Shown here in pieces: positions 22,271 through 32,621 of a stretch of DNA of 64,000 bases. Source of the stretch: Dehalococcoidia bacterium (lineage in GTDB: Bacteria; Chloroflexota; Dehalococcoidia; UBA2979); the NCBI GenBank assembly GCA_963667465.2, contig CAXXDN010000001.1, positions 352,001 through 416,000 of the forward strand, read 5' to 3'. The notes beneath the pieces were generated by a model, which did no database searches, was not told where the DNA came from, and was given only the letters and a program-made list of their open reading frames with translations. A program made the position numbers and the translations under genes. Every line of letters starts with the position of its first letter. Position 1 is the first letter of the stretch.

Positions 22271-24307
22271 GTGCTACGAATCACCCCCGAGGCACAGCGA
22301 ACTGCAAGGCGGCTTCGCGAGGTCCTGACCCGGCGCATCGAGCGCTCGCCCCGCGCGGGGCCAATGGTGCTCGCGGCCGTCGTTGGGCTCGGCGCCGGAC
22401 TCGCGGCCGTCGGATTCTCGATCCTCGTCGAGCTGAGCGACCGCTTCTTCTTCGACACCCTCAAGGACGAGTGGCTCAGCGGGCTGCCCAACGCGCGACT
22501 GATCCTGATCCCCGCCATCGGCGGGCTACTCGTCGGCCCGATTACCTACCTCCTGGCGCCGGGCGCGCGCGGCCACTCGGTCCCCGAGGTCATGGCCGCG
22601 CTGGACTCGCGCGGCGGGCGGCTGCCCGCCACCGACGCGGTCGCGAAGATCGCTGCAGCGACGATCACGATTGGATCAGGCGGCGCCGTAGGGAGGCAGG
22701 GGCCGGTCGTCTTCATCGGCGCGGCGTTCGGCTCGCTCGCCGGGCGCGTCCTGCTGCTGAACGAGCAGACGATGCGGCTGCTGGCCGCGGCGGGCGCGGC
22801 GGGCGGAGTGGCGGGTGTCTTCAACGCGCCGATCGCCGGCGTCTTCTTCGCGCTCGAGGTGCTGCTGCGGCGCTTCAGCACGCGCAACTTCAGCGTCGTC
22901 GTGCTCGCCTCGATCGTCGCCACGGTCACCGCGATCGGGTTGCGAGGCGACGAGCTTGCGATCCCCGTCCCCACCCACCAGCACCTGACGAGCATCGAGG
23001 AGGCCCCGCTCTACGCCGTGCTCGGCGTGCTCTGCGGAATCGTCGGCGTTGCCTTCATCCGCGTCTTCTACTGGACCGAGGACGGGTTCACACGCCTCTC
23101 CGGGCTGCCGGGCTGGCTGCTCCCGGCAGTCGGCGGCGCCATGGTCGGCGCGCTGGCGCTCATCGACGGCAGCATCCTCGGTATCCGCGAGATCGCACGC
23201 GATGAAGCGCTGGCCGGCCACAGCCCCCTCGCCCCGCTGCTCGTGTTGCTCGTGCTGAAGATGGCGGCGACCTCGATCACCGCCGGCAGCGGGGGCAGTG
23301 GCGGCGTCTTCTTCCCCACGCTGTTCATCGGGGCAATGGTGGGCGGCGTGTTCGAGGAGGTCTCAGTCCAGGTCTTCCCCGGCATCGTCGATCACTCCGG
23401 GACCTACGCCACCGTAGGGATGGCCGCCGCGTTCGCCGCCGCCTCGCGCGCCCCGATCACCTCGACGCTGATCCTCGTGGAGATGACCGACGACTTCGAC
23501 CTCATGGTGCCGCTGCTGATCGCCATCACGATGGCCACAGTCGTCTCGCAGCTGCTCAGCCGCGGCACGATCTACTCGATCAAGGCGGAGCGCCTCGGCG
23601 TCGCCATCGACGAGGACGTGGAGCCCTCCGAGGTGATGGCGCAGCTGCGCGTCTCCGACGCGATGTCGCCGATGATGGAGGCCTTCGGCCCCGACGCCAC
23701 CCTCGATGAGATCACGCTCGCCTTCGAGGGCGACCCGGATCCGATCGCCCTCGTCGTGCGGGAGAACGGCGAGATCTACGGCATCCTGACCGGCGCCGAC
23801 ATCGGCGAGGCGCTCGCCCACGACGAGCAGAACGCGACGGCCGCCGATATCTGCTCGACGCACCTGCGCACGATCCATCCGGATCAGACGCTGCACGAAG
23901 CGCTCAACCTCTTCGCCTCGCAGGACGTGCGCGCACTGCCGGTGGTGGAGCCCGATCGGCCATGGCATCCAGCCGGGCTGCTGCGCCGCGCCGACATCAT
24001 GCGCGCCTACGCCGAGGCCGTGGACCGCCGCGCCTCGCGCTCGCGGCGGCAGCGCCTGCGCCCCGTGCGGCGCAGCGACAACGTGCGCTACCTGGAGCTG
24101 CGCGTCTCGCACGAGAGCGGCCTCGACGGCAAGCAACTCTCCGCCATCGACCTTACCGAGGACGCGGTCATCGTCGCCGTCCGCCACGAGGGCGCCACGC
24201 TGATCCCGCGCGGCCACACGCGGCTGGCCGAGGGCGATCGCGTCACGATCATCGCCAGCGCCGAGGCGGTCGCCGAGGTGCGCGCTACCTTCGAGGGCCA
24301 CTCCTGA
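22271..24307 (+). CDS. CLC-family anion channel/transporter with CBS and TrkA-C (RCK_C) domains
   Basis: GHSVPE, GRQGP, FNAPIAG, GGVFFP motifs; CBS pair; C-terminal IVAVRH..LIPRG.T.L..GD. Confidence 0.92.
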   Translation: MLRITPEAQRTARRLREVLTRRIERSPRAGPMVLAAVVGLGAGLAAVGFSILVELSDRFFFDTLKDEWLSGLPNARLILIPAIGGLLVGPITYLLAPGARGHSVPEVMAALDSRGGRLPATDAVAKIAAATITIGSGGAVGRQGPVVFIGAAFGSLAGRVLLLNEQTMRLLAAAGAAGGVAGVFNAPIAGVFFALEVLLRRFSTRNFSVVVLASIVATVTAIGLRGDELAIPVPTHQHLTSIEEAPLYAVLGVLCGIVGVAFIRVFYWTEDGFTRLSGLPGWLLPAVGGAMVGALALIDGSILGIREIARDEALAGHSPLAPLLVLLVLKMAATSITAGSGGSGGVFFPTLFIGAMVGGVFEEVSVQVFPGIVDHSGTYATVGMAAAFAAASRAPITSTLILVEMTDDFDLMVPLLIAITMATVVSQLLSRGTIYSIKAERLGVAIDEDVEPSEVMAQLRVSDAMSPMMEAFGPDATLDEITLAFEGDPDPIALVVRENGEIYGILTGADIGEALAHDEQNATAADICSTHLRTIHPDQTLHEALNLFASQDVRALPVVEPDRPWHPAGLLRRADIMRAYAEAVDRRASRSRRQRLRPVRRSDNVRYLELRVSHESGLDGKQLSAIDLTEDAVIVAVRHEGATLIPRGHTRLAEGDRVTIIASAEAVAEVRATFEGHS

Positions 24308-24404
24308 TCCACCCTTCGCGCCCGGCGCGCCCGGCGCGCCCCTCCCGGCGCTAGCAGGTAGACTGGACCCGTAGCCCCTTCCTGCCCGTCCGAAACGGAA
24401 GGCG

Positions 24405-25415
24405 ATGGCGCAGCAACCCCCCGAGGCAGAGGCCCTGCAACCGCCCGGCGACGCCGGGTCGTCCCGCACGCAAACGGTGATCGCGAACGTCACGAGCGAG
24501 ATCGGGCGCGTCATCGTCGGCCAGGACGAGTTGATCGAGCGGCTGCTCGTTGCACTGCTGACCGGGCAGCACGCGCTGATCGAGGGCGCTCCCGGGCTGG
24601 CCAAGACGCTCACGGTCTCGACGCTGGCGCGCACCCTGAAGCTTTCCTTCTCGCGCATCCAGTTCACACCGGACCTGCTGCCCGCCGACATCACCGGCAC
24701 GCTCGTCTTCCAGCAATCGGACGGCCAGTTCCGGCTGCGCCGCGGCCCGCTCTTCGCGAACGTGATCCTCGCCGACGAGATCAACCGCGCACCCGCCAAG
24801 GTGCAGTCGGCGCTCCTCGAGGCGATGCAGGAGCGTCAGGTGACGATCGGGGGCACCAGCTACGCGCTGCCCGAGCCGTTCCTCGTGCTCGCCACGCAGA
24901 ACCCGATCGAGCACGAGGGCACCTACCCGCTGCCGGAGGCGCAGCTCGATCGCTTCATGCTCAAGATCCTGGTCGGCTATCCGGACCGCGAATCCGAGCG
25001 CAGCATCATCCGCCGCGCGCTTGAGCAGGAAGCCGTCGAGGTGGAGCCCACCGCCGGCCAGCGCGACCTCGAGGAGCTGACCCTGGAGACCCGGCGCATC
25101 GAGGTCAACGAGCGCATCCGCGAGTACATCGTGCGGCTGCTGGAGGCGACGCGGGAGCCCGCGCGCTACCAGCTCGACGACCTGGCGCCGCTGATCGAGT
25201 ACGGCGCCTCGCCCCGCTCCGGCGCAATGCTGGCGCAGGCGGTGCGCAGCCTCGCCTGCATCCGCGGGCGCGGGTACGCCCTGCCCGAGGACGTGAAGGA
25301 ACTCGCCCCGGACGTGCTCCGCCACCGCCTGGTGCTCAGCTACGAGGCCGAGGCGCGGGGCGTCAGCCCCGACCAGGTCGTCGAGCGCCTGCTGGCCGGC
25401 GTCGGGATCCCCTGA
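24405..25415 (+). CDS. MoxR-family AAA+ ATPase
   Basis: [47 protein letters not shown]. Confidence 0.95.
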   Translation: MAQQPPEAEALQPPGDAGSSRTQTVIANVTSEIGRVIVGQDELIERLLVALLTGQHALIEGAPGLAKTLTVSTLARTLKLSFSRIQFTPDLLPADITGTLVFQQSDGQFRLRRGPLFANVILADEINRAPAKVQSALLEAMQERQVTIGGTSYALPEPFLVLATQNPIEHEGTYPLPEAQLDRFMLKILVGYPDRESERSIIRRALEQEAVEVEPTAGQRDLEELTLETRRIEVNERIREYIVRLLEATREPARYQLDDLAPLIEYGASPRSGAMLAQAVRSLACIRGRGYALPEDVKELAPDVLRHRLVLSYEAEARGVSPDQVVERLLAGVGIP

Positions 25416-25417
25416 GC

Positions 25418-26392
25418 ATGCGCGCACGCCTGCTCGGCCTGCTGCGCGGCGGGGCGAGGGGGCCCCGTGATCAGCCCGATCCGCGCACCGAACCCCCCGC
25501 CGGCGACGGCGCACCACCGCTCCCGCCGCGACTGCTCGCCTCCGCGCGGCGCCTCGAGATCCGCGCGCGCCGCCTCGTCACGAGCGAGCTCGGCGGCGAG
25601 TACCGCAGCACCTTCCGCGGCGCCGGCATCGAGTTCGCCGAGGCGCGCGAGTACGTCCCCGGCGACGACGTGCGCCGCATCGACTGGAACGTCACCGCGC
25701 GCATGGGCGCGCCCTGGGTCAAGGAGTACGTCGAGGAGCGCGAGTTGCACCTCGTCTGCGCCGTCGACGTCTCCGCCTCGCAGCTGGCCGGGCGGCCCGT
25801 GCTCGGCCGCCGCGCGGCCGCGGCCGAGGTCTGCGCCCTGGTCACGCTGGCCGCCGCCTATAGCCACGACCGCACCGGCCTGCTGACCTTCAGCGACCGC
25901 ATCGAGCGCTACGTGCCGCCCGCCAAGGGCGCCCGCCACGCGATGCGGCTCGTGCGCGAGGTGCTGCAACCCGACCAGCCACGGCCGACCACCTCAATCG
26001 CCACGGCCTGCGATTACCTCGTACGCGTGCTGCGCCGCCGCTCCACCGTCTTCCTCATCTCGGACTTCATCGACGCCGGCTACGAGCGGCCGCTGCGCGA
26101 CCTGGGCCGCCGCCATGAGGTGATCGCCGTCGTGGTCGTCGACCCGCTCGACGAGGCGCTACCGGACGCCGGCATCGTCGAAGTCGAGGACATCGAGCGC
26201 GGGGGGCGGCTGCTGATCGACAGCTCCGACGAAGGCCTGCGCCGGCGCTACGCCGAGGCGGCCGCGGAGCGGCGAGAGCGGCGCGGCGCCACCCTGCGGC
26301 GCGCGGGCATCGAGGAGTTAATCGTGCGCACCGATGGCGACGCGGCCGAGCCGGTGCTTGAGTACTTCCGCCGCCGGAGCCGTCGCACGTGA
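25418..26392 (+). CDS. DUF58 family protein
   Basis: G.EF...REYVPGDDVRRIDWNVTAR, DVSAS, ISDF. Confidence 0.9.
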   Translation: MRARLLGLLRGGARGPRDQPDPRTEPPAGDGAPPLPPRLLASARRLEIRARRLVTSELGGEYRSTFRGAGIEFAEAREYVPGDDVRRIDWNVTARMGAPWVKEYVEERELHLVCAVDVSASQLAGRPVLGRRAAAAEVCALVTLAAAYSHDRTGLLTFSDRIERYVPPAKGARHAMRLVREVLQPDQPRPTTSIATACDYLVRVLRRRSTVFLISDFIDAGYERPLRDLGRRHEVIAVVVVDPLDEALPDAGIVEVEDIERGGRLLIDSSDEGLRRRYAEAAAERRERRGATLRRAGIEELIVRTDGDAAEPVLEYFRRRSRRT

Positions 26393-27396
26393 CGCGCCCG
26401 GGGCTCGCGGTCGCGGCGCTGGCGCTGGCCGTCCTCGCGGCCCTCGGCGCACTCGCCGCCGCCCCGGCCACTGCGCAGCGCGCGACGCCGCTGGAGCTGC
26501 GCGTCGATGTCACGCCGCGCACGGTGACCCTCGGCGATCGGGTGCGGATCACGGTCATCGCGACGCATGCGGAGCCGCTCCTGATCACGGCCGACCCCCC
26601 ATCGCGCGGAGACGTGCTGCAACTGATCGAGGCGCTCCCCGCGGAGACCGGCACGCTGCCCGACGGTTCGCTGCAGACCGAGATCGTGTTCACCGTCGCC
26701 GCGTTCGCGCTCGGCCCGCAAGACGCCGGGCCCCTGCGCATCTTCTGGCTGCGCCGGGACGGCAGCTCCGGCGAGGCGCAGGCGATCCCGCCCATCTTCG
26801 AGGTCGCAACCGCACTCCTCGACGACTCCGGGGCGCTGCGGCCGCTGAAGCCGCAGGCGGCGTTCGGCGAGCCGCCTCCCGCCTGGGTGCGGCCCGCGAT
26901 CATCGCCGGCGCGCTGCTCGCGTTCGCGCTCCTCGTGGCGGTCGCCGTGCGCTGGCTGCGGCGCCGTGGTCCGGCGCCCGCGCCGCCTCCCGAGCAGCAT
27001 GAGCTCGCACCCGAGACCGCCGCGCGGCGGCGGCTCGAAGAGCTGGCCGGCAGTGGCGCGCTCGCGCGCGGCGAGTACGAGCGCTTCTACGGCACGCTCT
27101 CCATGGTGCTGCGCAACTATCTGGAGGCGCGCTTCAGGTTCAATGCGACGGCGCTCACCACGCCGGAGCTGGACCGCTCGATGGGCGGGCAAGGCGTCGA
27201 TCGCTGGCAGGCGCGCCTGGCCGGCGGTCTGCTCGAACGCTGCGACGCCGCCGTGTACGCAGGCCGCCATCCCGATCTCGGCTCCGCCGACCACGACCTG
27301 ACCGTGGCTTTCGAGATCATCGACCTCTCGCGTACGGGGCCACCCGCCAGCGCCGGCGCGTACGGCGGACCTGGCCCGGCAACGAGGCGGCCATGA
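26389..27396 (+). CDS. Bat-operon-associated membrane protein (BatD/DUF4381-like)
   Basis: Signal peptide, beta-rich domain, TM helix, C-terminal LRNYLEARF..A..LTT.E; position in the operon. Confidence 0.65.
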   Translation: MTRPGLAVAALALAVLAALGALAAAPATAQRATPLELRVDVTPRTVTLGDRVRITVIATHAEPLLITADPPSRGDVLQLIEALPAETGTLPDGSLQTEIVFTVAAFALGPQDAGPLRIFWLRRDGSSGEAQAIPPIFEVATALLDDSGALRPLKPQAAFGEPPPAWVRPAIIAGALLAFALLVAVAVRWLRRRGPAPAPPPEQHELAPETAARRRLEELAGSGALARGEYERFYGTLSMVLRNYLEARFRFNATALTTPELDRSMGGQGVDRWQARLAGGLLERCDAAVYAGRHPDLGSADHDLTVAFEIIDLSRTGPPASAGAYGGPGPATRRP

Positions 27397-28343
27397 GCTT
27401 CGCGAGCCCCTGGCTGTTGCTCCTCCTGCCCGTTGCCGGGCTGCTGCTGCTCGCCCCCGCGCTGCTCCGGCCGCGCCGTCCCCGGCTCGCCGTTGCCGAC
27501 CTCGCACCGCTGAGCGCGGCCGCAGCTCCCAGCTGGCGGCTGCGGCTGCGCTGGCTGCCCTGGCTGCTGCGCGCAGCAGCCATCGCGTTGCTGATCTTCG
27601 CCGCCGCTCGCCCCCAGCGCGGCCTTGCCCTCACCACGCTGCCCGAGGACGGCATCGACATCGTCGTCGTCCTCGACGTCTCCGGCTCGATGAGCCAGCT
27701 CGCCGAGCCCGGCCGCAACGCGCCCAGCAAGCTCGAGGCCGCGCAGGAGGTCATCGGCGAGTTCATCGAGAGCCTCGAGGGCGACCGCATTGGTCTCGTT
27801 GCCTTCCAGTCGCGCGCGATCCTGCTCTCCCCGCTCACGCTCGACCACGACGCGCTCGGTCGGCAGGTCGACGCAGCCGAGTCCGGACTGATCCCGGACG
27901 GCACGGCGATCGGGCTCGGCATCGCGGAGGCGCTCAACCTGCTGCGGGAATCGCCGGCGCGAAGCCGCATCGCGGTGCTGCTAACGGACGGCGAGAACAA
28001 CCAGGGCGAGGTGCCGCCGCTGCAGGCGGCGAGGATCGCGGAGACGCTCGGCATCCGCATCTACACGATCGGCCTCCACGGCGCCGCGCGCGGCGGCAGC
28101 CAGGTCGACGTGCGGTTGCTGCAGCAGATCGCCGCCGTGACCGACGCCGGCTACTTCGACGCCGCCACCCAGGTCGAGCTCTCCGAGGCCTACCGCGAGG
28201 TCCGCCGGCTCGAACGCAGCCGCGTGGGCGAGCGGCGCTTCACCGAGTTCCACGAGTACGGACCGCTGCTCGCGGTGGGCGCGCTGCTGTTGCTGGCCGC
28301 GGAGGTGGGCCTGCGCGCGACCATCTTCAGGAGATACCCGTGA
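27393..28343 (+). CDS. VWA-domain protein, BatA-like
   Basis: BatA-type N-terminus FASPW, MIDAS DVSGSM, GTAIG, LLTDGENN. Confidence 0.9.
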   Translation: MSFASPWLLLLLPVAGLLLLAPALLRPRRPRLAVADLAPLSAAAAPSWRLRLRWLPWLLRAAAIALLIFAAARPQRGLALTTLPEDGIDIVVVLDVSGSMSQLAEPGRNAPSKLEAAQEVIGEFIESLEGDRIGLVAFQSRAILLSPLTLDHDALGRQVDAAESGLIPDGTAIGLGIAEALNLLRESPARSRIAVLLTDGENNQGEVPPLQAARIAETLGIRIYTIGLHGAARGGSQVDVRLLQQIAAVTDAGYFDAATQVELSEAYREVRRLERSRVGERRFTEFHEYGPLLAVGALLLLAAEVGLRATIFRRYP

Positions 28344-30211
28344 TCGGCCTGGCCGACCCGCTGGCGCTGCTCTGGCTGGCGATCCTGCTGCCGGTGCTGT
28401 TCGCGACCTCCTACGCCGCGCGTCGGCGGCGCGAGGCGGACGCTGCCTTCGGCGGCGGCACGGCGCTGCGACGCGGACGCGCCGAGTGGCGACGCCCGCT
28501 GCAGCAGCTGCTGCTGCTCGCCGCGATCGTGCTGGTCGTGATCGCCGTCACACGTCCGCAGTGGGGCGAGGAGGAGCGGCCGCTCACACGGCTCGGCATC
28601 GACATGGCGATCGCCCTCGATGTCTCGCGCTCGATGACCGCGAGCGACATCGAGCCCTCGCGCGCCGACGCGGCCGCGGCCGCGCTCGACCAGCTCTTCA
28701 ACCACCTGCGCGGCGACCGCGTCGGCCTGGTCACGTTCGCCGGAGACGCATTCGAGCGGTCCCCGCTGACCCTCGATCTCGACGCGGTGCGCCAGTTGGT
28801 CGCGCGCGCGCAGGAGGAGCAGGCCTTCGTGCGCCCCGGGACGGACCTCGGCGGCGCGCTCGAGGCGGCGCTGCGCCTGCTCGACATCGAGGATCCCGCC
28901 GAGACGCAGGCGATCGTGCTGATCTCGGACGGCGAGGACCTCGCCGAGGATCTCGGAGACGCGCTCGAGGAAGCAACGGATGCGGGTGTCCGCGTCTTCA
29001 CCGTCGCCGCCGGGACACCCGACGGGGGAACGATGGCCGCACGCGAGAGCGGCGACGAGGACGCAACCACCGTGCGCCGCCCGCCGGGCGACGAACTGAG
29101 CCGCGCCGACCGGCCGACGCTCCAGCGAATCGCCGACGCAACGGGCGGCGACCTGCGGGAGCTGGGCGAACTGCCCGGACTCGCCGTGGAGTTCCAGCGG
29201 CTCCGCCAATCCGCCTTCGACCAGGGTGCGAACCGCGCGCCCGTCGAGCGCTTCCAGTGGTTCCTCGGCGGCGCGCTGCTGCTGCTCGTGCTCCAGGCGC
29301 TCGTCGCCGACGGCAGCTGGCAGCGGCGCCTCGGTGTTGGCCGCCTCACTCTCGCCGCCTCCACGCTGCCGGCGATCGCGCTGATCGTCGCCTGCGCCAG
29401 CACCGAGTACGCGGCCACCGAGGACGGCCACGACGCCTACGCCGCCGGCCGCTACGACGACGCCCTCGCCTCCTATCGCGACGCCGAGGCGGTCGCGCCC
29501 GACGCCCCGGAGCCGCCCTACAACATCGGCAACACACTGCACCAACTCGGCCGCTACGAGGAGGCGACGGTTGCCTCGTCGACGGCGCTGAGCGCCGCCG
29601 TCGATCCCCTGCTGTTCAGCCACGCGGCCTACGCCCTCGGCAGCCACGCCTTCCGCCGCAACGATCTCAATGCCGCCCGCGACGCCTGGATCAGCGTGCT
29701 GCTGCGCAATCCCTCAGACCTCGACGCGAAGCACAATCTCGAGCTGACGCTGCGCCTCCTCGCCGGCCCCGAGGAGACGACCGCGCCCACGCCTCCCGCT
29801 GGCAGCGGCGACGGGGAGGGCCAGGGCGAAGGCGAGGGCGGTACCGGGGACGAGGAGCCGCCTCCCGACGACGACAGCCCCAATCAGTCCGGTGAGGGCG
29901 GCGGCCAGCCGCAGCCCGGCTCAACGCCCGACGCAACCCCCGACCGCAACGGCGCGGGTCCGGCGCAGCCGCCCTCGGACCCCGCGGATTCCGGCGGATC
30001 GCCGGCGGGTGGCCCGGGGGCGCAGGTGGAGCAGGATCAGCCCCCAACGCTCGACGACGCGCGCGCGCTGCTCGCCGAAGAGGCGCTGCGGATCGGCGAC
30101 GAGGCGCTGACCATCGAGGACGCGATCGCGCTGCTGGAGCTGGTGCGCCGCACGAGTGAGCTCGAGGCGCTCGCGCCGCGCGGCGTGGCCGGCGGACCCG
30201 GGGACCGCTAG
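28340..30211 (+). CDS. VWA + TPR protein (BatB/BatC-like fusion)
   Basis: MIDAS DVSRSM, ISDGE, TPR YNIGNTL..., DAKHNLEL, acidic low-complexity tail. Confidence 0.85.
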   Translation: MIGLADPLALLWLAILLPVLFATSYAARRRREADAAFGGGTALRRGRAEWRRPLQQLLLLAAIVLVVIAVTRPQWGEEERPLTRLGIDMAIALDVSRSMTASDIEPSRADAAAAALDQLFNHLRGDRVGLVTFAGDAFERSPLTLDLDAVRQLVARAQEEQAFVRPGTDLGGALEAALRLLDIEDPAETQAIVLISDGEDLAEDLGDALEEATDAGVRVFTVAAGTPDGGTMAARESGDEDATTVRRPPGDELSRADRPTLQRIADATGGDLRELGELPGLAVEFQRLRQSAFDQGANRAPVERFQWFLGGALLLLVLQALVADGSWQRRLGVGRLTLAASTLPAIALIVACASTEYAATEDGHDAYAAGRYDDALASYRDAEAVAPDAPEPPYNIGNTLHQLGRYEEATVASSTALSAAVDPLLFSHAAYALGSHAFRRNDLNAARDAWISVLLRNPSDLDAKHNLELTLRLLAGPEETTAPTPPAGSGDGEGQGEGEGGTGDEEPPPDDDSPNQSGEGGGQPQPGSTPDATPDRNGAGPAQPPSDPADSGGSPAGGPGAQVEQDQPPTLDDARALLAEEALRIGDEALTIEDAIALLELVRRTSELEALAPRGVAGGPGDR

Positions 30212-30215
30212 AGAC

Positions 30216-32621
30216 TCAGCGTGCGAGGCGGCGCAGCCACAGGCGGCGCAGCAGCAGCTCCCGGAAGAGCCGGTTGCGCAGGCGGCGGTAGAGCGCATCG
30301 GCGCGGCGCACCGCCGGCTCGTCCTCGTCACCCTCGTCCGTCGCCGGCGCCTCAGCGGCGGCGGCAGGCGCGCCGTAGCGCTCGCGCGTGAAGGCATCGG
30401 CGAGGATCTCGACGGGCTCCTCGCTCTCGAGGTCGCGCTTCAGTCCGGCGGCGGCCTCGAGCGGCGTGCGGTTGGCGGGGGCCGGGATACCCGCCCAGCC
30501 GGAGATTCGTTGCACCCTGGCCCAGCGCGCCGTGGCCGGGCTCAGCCCACGATCGGGGAATGCCCAGGCGCCCCGCACAACAAGGACGAGCACCGCGCTG
30601 GCCGCGAGCGCCGCGACTGTCCAGCCCGCGATCAGTCCGAGCGGCGCCCAGAGCGATCCGCCATCGTCGACGAGGTCCGTCCTCGGTCCACTCACGCCCA
30701 GCGGTTCCAGACTCTGCTCCAGCAGTTCCGCCAGCTCCAGCGCCGCGATCGCGTCCTCCGTGCCGCCTTCCGGAACTTCGAAGCTGCCGGTCCCGCGGCC
30801 GCTCCGGCTGACCAGCTCGCGCACCGGCGCCGGGTTGAACTCCACCCAGCCGTAGCCGGGGAAGTAGACCTCCGGCCACGCCCACGAGTCCTTCTCGCTC
30901 AGCACGAACGCCTCCGACTCCCGGCTGAACGAGGTCGAGTCGAGCGCGAATCCGACGGCAATGCGCGCGGGGATGCCGAGCGAGCGCAGCAGCACCACCA
31001 TCGCCGAGGCGTGATGGTCGAAGTAGCCCTCGCGGCTCTCGAAGAGGAACCAGTCAATCGGATCGCGGCGCGGCGGCGGGTCCGAGACCTTCAGGCTGAA
31101 CGGGTAGTTCTCGCGCAGGTAGCGCTCGACCCGGAAGGCGGCGAGGTACGGGGCGTCCTGCTCCGCTGCGATGCTCGCGGCCAGTTCACCCACCCGAGGC
31201 GGAAGATTGTCGGGTGTCTGGAGATAGCGCTCCGTCACCCACGCCGGGTAGTCGCCGCCCGCGGCCATGAGCGCGTCCACCCCCGCGACGGAGATCGAGC
31301 CCACCGCCGTGTAGCTCGCCCCGTTGCCGACGCGGCTGCTCGGCTGCAGTCCGACCACGTCGCTGGGCGAGGCTCCCGTCAGGAACTCGGCCTCGACATC
31401 GGTCGCGAGCGGCTCGCCGACCGTCAGCAGACGGCGATCGCTGAGCGGCGACTCGACGTGGACCTCGACGGCCACGAGGCTCCGCTGCTGCGCCCTCGTC
31501 GCGGGCGTGCCGAAGCGCGCCGCCTCGACCGTGATCGCCGGCGGGTCGACGAGCTCGGTGTCGGAGAGCCGCCAGCCACCGCGTTCGTAGCGATCGAAGA
31601 CGTAGGCACGCAGGTACGCGAGGCCCCCGGCCTCGGCGGAGACGACGTACATCGTCTCGTCGTCGAGGTTGACGCGGCCCTGCAGCGGCAGAGCGCCCTC
31701 GAACTGGTGGATCAACTGGCCGTGCTTGCCGTCGATCCCGATGAAGACCTGACCGAGCGGCTGGATGCGATCGGTGATCGGGCGGATCGCGTTGCCCCAT
31801 GCCCCGGCTGCGGGTTCCCAGCCGTCGCCGACAGGCACGATCCAGGCGAAGAGGATCAGCCCCGCCGCCACCCACCCGCCGGCGTGAAGCACTTGCAGCG
31901 AGAGCCAGCGAGGCAGCGCGATCGCCTGGCCTCGCCAGCCTCGAACCGTGCGCAACAAGTGGATGCGCGTGAACAGCAGGATCGCCGCGAAGAGGAAGAT
32001 CACGAACTCGAAGGCCGGCTTGCCCGGCAGGTAGGAGATGTTGGTCAACAGCGCGAACCCGCCCGGCAGCAGCGCCAGCCAGGGGTTGCGCCAGCGGAAC
32101 ACTGCCCAGGACGCGAGGTATGGGACGAGCCAGACGGCGAAGACCAGCAGCAAGACGAACGGCAGCGGGTCCGTGGAGACGCCGCCCGTGACGAGCGCGC
32201 CCAGCCAGTCACCCATCCGGCCCCACAAATCGCCCCAGCGCGTCGCGATCCCGAACCCCGGCGCAAACGGGTCGGAGAGCTCCATCGTGTGCATCACCAT
32301 CGCCGTCGACGTCACGACGCCGAGGGCGACGCCACCGAGGAATGCTGTCCACGGCCGCGTCCCCAGCAGCGCCAGCAGGGCGCCGGCCACAAGTCCGATC
32401 GCCGCCGCCACCGGCAGCGCCGGCATCTCGTCGACCCAGTTCGCGCGAGCAATCGAGAAGGCCACGGAGAACTGGGCGATCGCGAGCAGCGCGAAACTGA
32501 TCCAGTCTTCCCAGAAGCGCCAGGCGGTCACGCTGCGCGGATCGGCTTCGGCCAGCAGATCGCGCAAGGCGCGGGAACTGAACCCCGCCTGCGCTGGAGT
32601 GCTGTCGGAGCGCGCGCTCAT
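30216..32621 (-). CDS. Membrane transglutaminase-like protein, catalytic triad substituted
   Basis: Multiple N-terminal TM helices; EGYFDHHASAMVVLLRSLGIPAR..AWPEVYFPGYGWVEFNP core. Confidence 0.85.
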   Translation of the reverse strand: MSARSDSTPAQAGFSSRALRDLLAEADPRSVTAWRFWEDWISFALLAIAQFSVAFSIARANWVDEMPALPVAAAIGLVAGALLALLGTRPWTAFLGGVALGVVTSTAMVMHTMELSDPFAPGFGIATRWGDLWGRMGDWLGALVTGGVSTDPLPFVLLLVFAVWLVPYLASWAVFRWRNPWLALLPGGFALLTNISYLPGKPAFEFVIFLFAAILLFTRIHLLRTVRGWRGQAIALPRWLSLQVLHAGGWVAAGLILFAWIVPVGDGWEPAAGAWGNAIRPITDRIQPLGQVFIGIDGKHGQLIHQFEGALPLQGRVNLDDETMYVVSAEAGGLAYLRAYVFDRYERGGWRLSDTELVDPPAITVEAARFGTPATRAQQRSLVAVEVHVESPLSDRRLLTVGEPLATDVEAEFLTGASPSDVVGLQPSSRVGNGASYTAVGSISVAGVDALMAAGGDYPAWVTERYLQTPDNLPPRVGELAASIAAEQDAPYLAAFRVERYLRENYPFSLKVSDPPPRRDPIDWFLFESREGYFDHHASAMVVLLRSLGIPARIAVGFALDSTSFSRESEAFVLSEKDSWAWPEVYFPGYGWVEFNPAPVRELVSRSGRGTGSFEVPEGGTEDAIAALELAELLEQSLEPLGVSGPRTDLVDDGGSLWAPLGLIAGWTVAALAASAVLVLVVRGAWAFPDRGLSPATARWARVQRISGWAGIPAPANRTPLEAAAGLKRDLESEEPVEILADAFTRERYGAPAAAAEAPATDEGDEDEPAVRRADALYRRLRNRLFRELLLRRLWLRRLAR

